Below the pieces are notes generated by a model. That model saw only the letters and a program-made list of their open reading frames with translations, did not search any database and had not been told where the DNA came from. Shown in pieces: positions 24,111 through 28,708 of a DNA stretch of 28,708 bases. Each line of letters starts with the position of its first letter. Positions within the stretch are counted from its first letter, which is position 1. Made by a program: the position numbers and the translations under genes. Source of the DNA: Armatimonadota bacterium (GTDB lineage Bacteria > Armatimonadota > Zipacnadia > Zipacnadales > UBA5352); the NCBI GenBank assembly GCA_034722055.1, contig JAYENL010000215.1:1-28708 (forward strand), read 5' to 3'.

Positions 24111-24481
24111 TCGCGCAGGGCCTCCTCCCAGGCGTCCCCAAGCTTCTCGGCGATCTCGGTCACGTACGCCAGCCGGTCCAGGTCATCCTGCAGGTCCACA
24201 TCCACGAGCTGCCGCTGCAGGTGCGCGTAGAGCGCACGCAGCCGCTCCGCCAGGTCCTCGCCGATCTCCGTGTCCAGCGAGCAGATCAGCTCGCTGAAGA
24301 TGGCCTGGGCCCGGCACAGCGCGTCGCTCTTCGTCTGATAGTCGCGAGCCTTGATAGCCCTCTCCGCCCGCCTCAGGTAGGTCACCACCGCCTGGCAGAG
24401 CAGCACCACAAGCTGGCGGGGATCCGAGCCCAGCACCTGCATCTGCTGATAGGCCTGTGGTGCATCCTTCGGCGCCGCCAT
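24080..24481 (-). CDS. fliS: Flagellin chaperone FliS
   Basis: AYQQMQV...PRQLVVLL, AQAIFSELICSLD...LAERLRALY, LGDAWEE. Confidence 0.94.
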   Translation of the reverse strand: MAAPKDAPQAYQQMQVLGSDPRQLVVLLCQAVVTYLRRAERAIKARDYQTKSDALCRAQAIFSELICSLDTEIGEDLAERLRALYAHLQRQLVDVDLQDDLDRLAYVTEIAEKLGDAWEEALRECQDEESEAA

Positions 24482-24514
24482 CAGTCACACCCCTCACTCA
24501 GTCGCACTCCAGCA

Positions 24515-24530
24515 TGCAACACCCGTGCCA
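24515..24530 (-). promoter_or_regulatory. Sigma54 (-24/-12) promoter upstream of fliS
   Basis: Minus strand TGGCACGGGTGTTGCA matches TGGCACG-N4-TTGC(A/T) perfectly, 33 bp upstream of the fliS ATG. Confidence 0.85.
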
Positions 24531-24824
24531 TCCTACTCGCGTGGTCAGCTTGTGCCGCGGCCGTCGTTGCCATCCGCTGTTGCCGTAATGTCGTACGGAG
24601 CAGCGGGCTGCCCAGCCCGCCGTCGTTGGCCTGCCGTTCGGGGCCTCCGCGGCGACCGCTTGGTGGTCGCATCCCACAGATGCAGAGCACCTCACGTTCC
24701 GAAGGAGGCAACGGCGGGCCGGAGCGTGGTGCGGCGCCTCCACCACAATCCTGCCCATCTTCACGACAACCAGGGCCGCCGAGTGCGCTCGCAGTCAGCA
24801 TCCGACGACGTCCGCAGGTGACCG

Positions 24825-27077
24825 TCACGAGCGCCGGCCGCCGGACCACCACAGGTACTCCACCTGGTTCTCCATCCAGTCCAGCAGCGTCACGGACTGC
24901 GACATCTTCGTCTCCATGCGGGCGAAGTCGAGTTGGAGCTGCTCAATGTAGCGATCCACGTCCGCCTCCAGCTCGGCGATCTCCTCATCGATGGACTCGA
25001 TCTCGGTGCTGACACCCCCCGCCGCGCGCGTCAGCGAGCCGGTATCCGCGTCGGTGACGGCGTCCACAAAGTGGCTGAGCCTCGCCGCGATTCCCTTGCT
25101 GACCAGCACCACGCCCTTGCTGCCGGTTGCCTCGGCCGTGACGCGCAGCCGCAGGCCCTCAGCGTCGGTGCCCTCCCCCGCCGTCAGCAGCCGTCCGCTG
25201 CCCGTGGCCGCCTCGCCATCGATGCTCCCGGCGACATCCTGGCCGGTGTAGGTCGCGATCTCGCCGGCCGTCGCTCCACCCAGGTCGGTGCCTCCGGACC
25301 CGTCATCCAGCGATGACTCGATGTCGATCTCGTGTGAATCCCCGTAGAGGTCATGCTCGATGACGATGGTGTCCCCGTCCACGCTCGCGCCCATGTCCAT
25401 GTTCTGAGCGTTGAACAGGGCGTTGAGCGTGTCGGCGGCCTCCTGCAGGCTCATCCCGGCCGTCAGCGTCACCGGCTTGCCGTTGACCGTGAGCGTCTCA
25501 TCCACAGCGATCCCGCCGGAAAGGGCGGCGCTGGTGGCGGTGGGCCTGGTGGCGATCTGCGTGACCTCCACGGCCCAGCCCGAGGCGCCCGAGTCCCGGG
25601 TGGCCAAGGTGTACTCATAGACCTCCACCTCTGCGCTGGTAGCGTCGGTGCGGACGCCGAAGAGCCGCTTGATGCCCTCGGGATCCGACTCCAGCGCGTC
25701 CAGCAACTGGGTGCTGTCGAAGAGCAGGCGGTCGTCAGCATCGAAGCTCAGGCCGATCTGCGAGGCCAGCTTCAGGTCCCCGCCCATGGTGTCCACCAGG
25801 TCGGCGACCTGGTCGCGCAGGTCGGCCTCCAGGTTCAGCACGGCCGGCGAGCCGAAGAACAGGCCGCCGGTCTCGGCCTCCGTGTCGAAGTCCTGGTGCT
25901 GGTTGATGAAGTCGATGACGCCGTTGTAGGCGCTGACGAAGCTGTTCATGGCCGAGACGCTGGCGCTGGTGTTGCGCGCCACGAAGACCGTCACAGCCTC
26001 GGCGGTGCTGTCCACCAGTTGCAGTTGCAGATTCTCGATGGCATCGTCAATGGCGTTCGTTGCGCGCGTCATGGAGACACCGTCGATGGTGAGGCTGGCG
26101 TCCTGCGCCGCGTCCACCTCATTGGCAAAGTCCTTCTGCAGCACCCCGAGGGTCGCCAGCACGTTGCTGTCATCGGTGAAGGTGGGCTGGCCGCTGTCCC
26201 CCACGATCTCTACCCGGTAGGCGGCCTCTCCGTCCACGCTGACCGTCTCCACCGTGGCGGAGACGCCCGCCACGGCGTCGATGGCGGAGGCGATCTCCTC
26301 CAGGCTGTCGGTGGACAGGTCGATGGCCACATCCGTGCCGTTGACCTGCACGGTCCCTGAAGGCGCCGCGGTGAGGCCCAGCACGTCGCCGACGGCGGAG
26401 AGCTTGTCGGTGAGGCTGTCGCTGGCCGCCCCGTCGGTGATCGGGTGCTTGACGCTCGTGCCTGCGGCCTTCACGCCCAGGTCCTCCAGGATCCCGGAGG
26501 CGTTGGCGTCCACCACCTCCAGCGCGCCCTCGGCCCCGGAGGTGAGACTGCTGATGGTGAGGCGGTGATCGGTGTCGGAGACGGTCAGGATAGAGGCCGA
26601 GGCGCCCGCTCCCGCCGCGTTGATGGCATCGCGGATATCCGCCAGGCTGTCACTCGCCTCCAGGGACACCACCTGGCCGTTGACGATGATGTCGCCCTCG
26701 TAGCCCAGAGCATCCGAGGTGGAGCTCACGCTGGCGGACGAGACCTTGTGGGACTGTGCGAGCTGGCTGACCGTGATGTCGTAGCGGCCCACGGGCGCGC
26801 CGGCGGAGACGCTGGCCACTACGACGGACTCGTCGCTGGAGCTGGCGGTTACCTGGGCGAAGGCGGTGCCGTCGCTCATGTCCGCCGCGTAGGTGCTGAG
26901 GCTCAGCACCCGCGCCGTGAGCTGCTGGAAGGCCGCCAGACGCTCGTTGCAGGTTGACTTGTGGTCCTCCAGCAGTTGCACCGGCCTGCGCTTGATCTGC
27001 GCGAGCTGGGTGATGATCGCCTGAATGTCCACGTCGCTGGCGATCAGTCCGGTGATCGACATGCTTCCGACGCCCAT
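24825..27077 (-). CDS. fliD: Flagellar filament cap protein FliD (long form, 750 aa)
   Basis: ITGLIASDVDIQAIITQL, YDITVSQLAQSH, AQDASLTIDG, FVSAYN, C-terminal FARME; SD AAGGAGGAG before ATG 27077. Confidence 0.95.
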   Translation of the reverse strand: MGVGSMSITGLIASDVDIQAIITQLAQIKRRPVQLLEDHKSTCNERLAAFQQLTARVLSLSTYAADMSDGTAFAQVTASSSDESVVVASVSAGAPVGRYDITVSQLAQSHKVSSASVSSTSDALGYEGDIIVNGQVVSLEASDSLADIRDAINAAGAGASASILTVSDTDHRLTISSLTSGAEGALEVVDANASGILEDLGVKAAGTSVKHPITDGAASDSLTDKLSAVGDVLGLTAAPSGTVQVNGTDVAIDLSTDSLEEIASAIDAVAGVSATVETVSVDGEAAYRVEIVGDSGQPTFTDDSNVLATLGVLQKDFANEVDAAQDASLTIDGVSMTRATNAIDDAIENLQLQLVDSTAEAVTVFVARNTSASVSAMNSFVSAYNGVIDFINQHQDFDTEAETGGLFFGSPAVLNLEADLRDQVADLVDTMGGDLKLASQIGLSFDADDRLLFDSTQLLDALESDPEGIKRLFGVRTDATSAEVEVYEYTLATRDSGASGWAVEVTQIATRPTATSAALSGGIAVDETLTVNGKPVTLTAGMSLQEAADTLNALFNAQNMDMGASVDGDTIVIEHDLYGDSHEIDIESSLDDGSGGTDLGGATAGEIATYTGQDVAGSIDGEAATGSGRLLTAGEGTDAEGLRLRVTAEATGSKGVVLVSKGIAARLSHFVDAVTDADTGSLTRAAGGVSTEIESIDEEIAELEADVDRYIEQLQLDFARMETKMSQSVTLLDWMENQVEYLWWSGGRRS

Positions 27078-27205
27078 GTCGTCTCCTCCTTCGCCCCGTT
27101 CACCGTCAGCGGGGCCTCCTGCAGCCGTGCGGCGGCGAGGGGCGCCCGGGGCGCCCCCCACCGCTGCCAACCGGCCCGCTGGCCGACCTCATCGACCTGC
27201 GCTCA

Positions 27206-28708
27206 TCATCCGGCGATGAGCTGCAGGACCTGCTGTGGCAGGGCGTTGGCCTGGGCCAGGAAGGCCGTGGCCGACTGCACCAGCACCTGCGAGGTGGTGA
27301 ACTCCGCCATCTCCCGGCCGAAGTCCGTATCCCGGATCTGGCTCTCGGAGGCGGCCAGGTTCTCGCGGGCCACCGCCAGGGATCGGGACTCGGCCTCCAG
27401 CTCGTTGACCTGGAAGGCCCCCAGGTCACCCCGGACCGTGGAGACCTGGTTGATGGCCTCGTCGATGACGGTTAGGGCGGCGTTGGCGCCGTCCACCGTG
27501 GAGATGTCGATGTCCGAGAGGGCGGAGGTCTGGCCCAAATCGGAGGTCTTCATGGAGCGGATGCTGGTGCTGGCCGTCTCGCCGGCGCCGTAGCCGATCT
27601 GGAAGGAGAGCTGCCCGTCCTCGGCGTAGAGGGCGTCGGTGTAGTCGGCCACCGTGGTGCCCGCGCTCTCGGTGAGGGTGATGGAGCCGTAGGTGGCGTG
27701 GGAGACGGTCAGGCCGCTGCCGGCGTCGAAGGTGACGTCGTTGCCCCCGTCCAGGGCGTTGCCGCCGAAGGCCACGTCGGCCACCGCGTCCAGCCCGTTA
27801 TCGGCCTCGAAGGTGGCGTCCGAGGCGTTGACCAGCAGGTCGGTGGTGGAGGTGGCGGTGCCGGAGTACTCCACCGAGATGTGCTGGTCGGAGCCGTAGG
27901 CGTCGGAGCTGATGCGCAGCTCGCCGCCGGTGATCTCCGCGGTGACCTCCCCGTCGAGGGCGGCTGTGGTGTTGATGGCTGTGACCACGTCGTTCCAGGT
28001 GGTGGTGCTGTCGATGACCAGTGCGCCGGCCCCATCCTGCACCTGCACGCCGTTGACGTAGAGGTTCAGCGAGTCCCCGCCACCGGACAGGTCGATGCCG
28101 CCGGTGCCGTGGACGGTGTTGCCGCCCACCACCGCGCCGCCGGTGCCGCTGTCGCTGTAGGCCTTCTCGGCGGCCGTGGTGACCTGCACGGAGATGTAGC
28201 CGTCGCCCTGGTCGCCGAGGGTGGAGATGCCCTGGGTGGTGACCGTGGAGTTGTCGATGATGTTGACCTTGGTGCCCGCCGAGCCGTTCAGCAGCGCCCG
28301 CCCGGCGTACTTGGTGTTCACCGCGATCTCGTCGATGGTGCTCAGCGCCGACTCCACCTGGGCCTGCAGGGCGGCCCGGGCGTCGGCGTTCTTGTTGGAG
28401 TCGGAGGCGGCGTCAACCGCCAGGTCGCGCATCTGCCGCAGCAGCCCCGAGACCTCGTCCAGGGCCCCCTCGGCGGTCTTGATCAGGTTCACCCCCTGGG
28501 AGGCGTTCTGCTCCGCCACGTCGAGGCCGGAGACCTGGGCGCGCAGCAGCTCGGAGATCACCAGGCCGGCCGGATCGTCGGCGCCGCGGTTGATGCGCAG
28601 ACCGCTGGCGAGCCGCTCGATCGACCGGCCGATACGGCTGGAGTTGATCTCCAGATTCCGCTGCGCATTGATGGAACTGATGTTGTGGTTGATACGCGTA
28701 AGGGACAT
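27206..28708 (-). CDS. fliC: Flagellin
   Basis: RINHNISSINAQRNL, ERLASGLRINRGADDPAGL, RGDLGAFQ, ESQIRDTDFGREM, AQANALPQQVLQL; ATG lies at the window edge. Confidence 0.97.
   Translation of the reverse strand: MSLTRINHNISSINAQRNLEINSSRIGRSIERLASGLRINRGADDPAGLVISELLRAQVSGLDVAEQNASQGVNLIKTAEGALDEVSGLLRQMRDLAVDAASDSNKNADARAALQAQVESALSTIDEIAVNTKYAGRALLNGSAGTKVNIIDNSTVTTQGISTLGDQGDGYISVQVTTAAEKAYSDSGTGGAVVGGNTVHGTGGIDLSGGGDSLNLYVNGVQVQDGAGALVIDSTTTWNDVVTAINTTAALDGEVTAEITGGELRISSDAYGSDQHISVEYSGTATSTTDLLVNASDATFEADNGLDAVADVAFGGNALDGGNDVTFDAGSGLTVSHATYGSITLTESAGTTVADYTDALYAEDGQLSFQIGYGAGETASTSIRSMKTSDLGQTSALSDIDISTVDGANAALTVIDEAINQVSTVRGDLGAFQVNELEAESRSLAVARENLAASESQIRDTDFGREMAEFTTSQVLVQSATAFLAQANALPQQVLQLIAG

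Noticed and set aside
24481..24852. Small ORFs in the fliD-fliS gap
   Set aside because: No motifs or RBS; the region is better explained as promoter plus palindromic repeats

Overview
Very GC-rich bacterial DNA holding one large flagellar gene cluster. Plus strand: fliF-fliH-fliI-fliJ-lytic transglycosylase-fliK-flgD-histidine kinase-flgE-flbD-motA-motB-fliL-fliN-fliO-fliP-fliQ-(degenerate FliA-like ORF)-flhA-fliR-flhB-fliA-sigma54-dependent response regulator. Minus strand, convergent: fliC-fliD-fliS-(FliT/FlgN-like). The order resembles the Firmicutes/spirochaete/Terrabacteria-type fla operon with several departures. fliG and fliM (switch complex) and flhF/flhG are missing from their usual positions. 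A soluble histidine kinase with a non-canonical H-box splits flgD from flgE. A full-length FliA paralogue that has lost its promoter-recognition residues (a candidate sigma28 mimic) lies between fliQ and flhA. One sigma28-type and two sigma54-type promoter motifs are visible. The region carries many REP-like palindromes (GTAG/GTGG-GTCGGGCTTCCAGCCCGAC family), including in-frame copies that expand the hook-length ruler FliK, plus heptamer tandem repeats. All calls come from motif recognition by eye; no searches were run.
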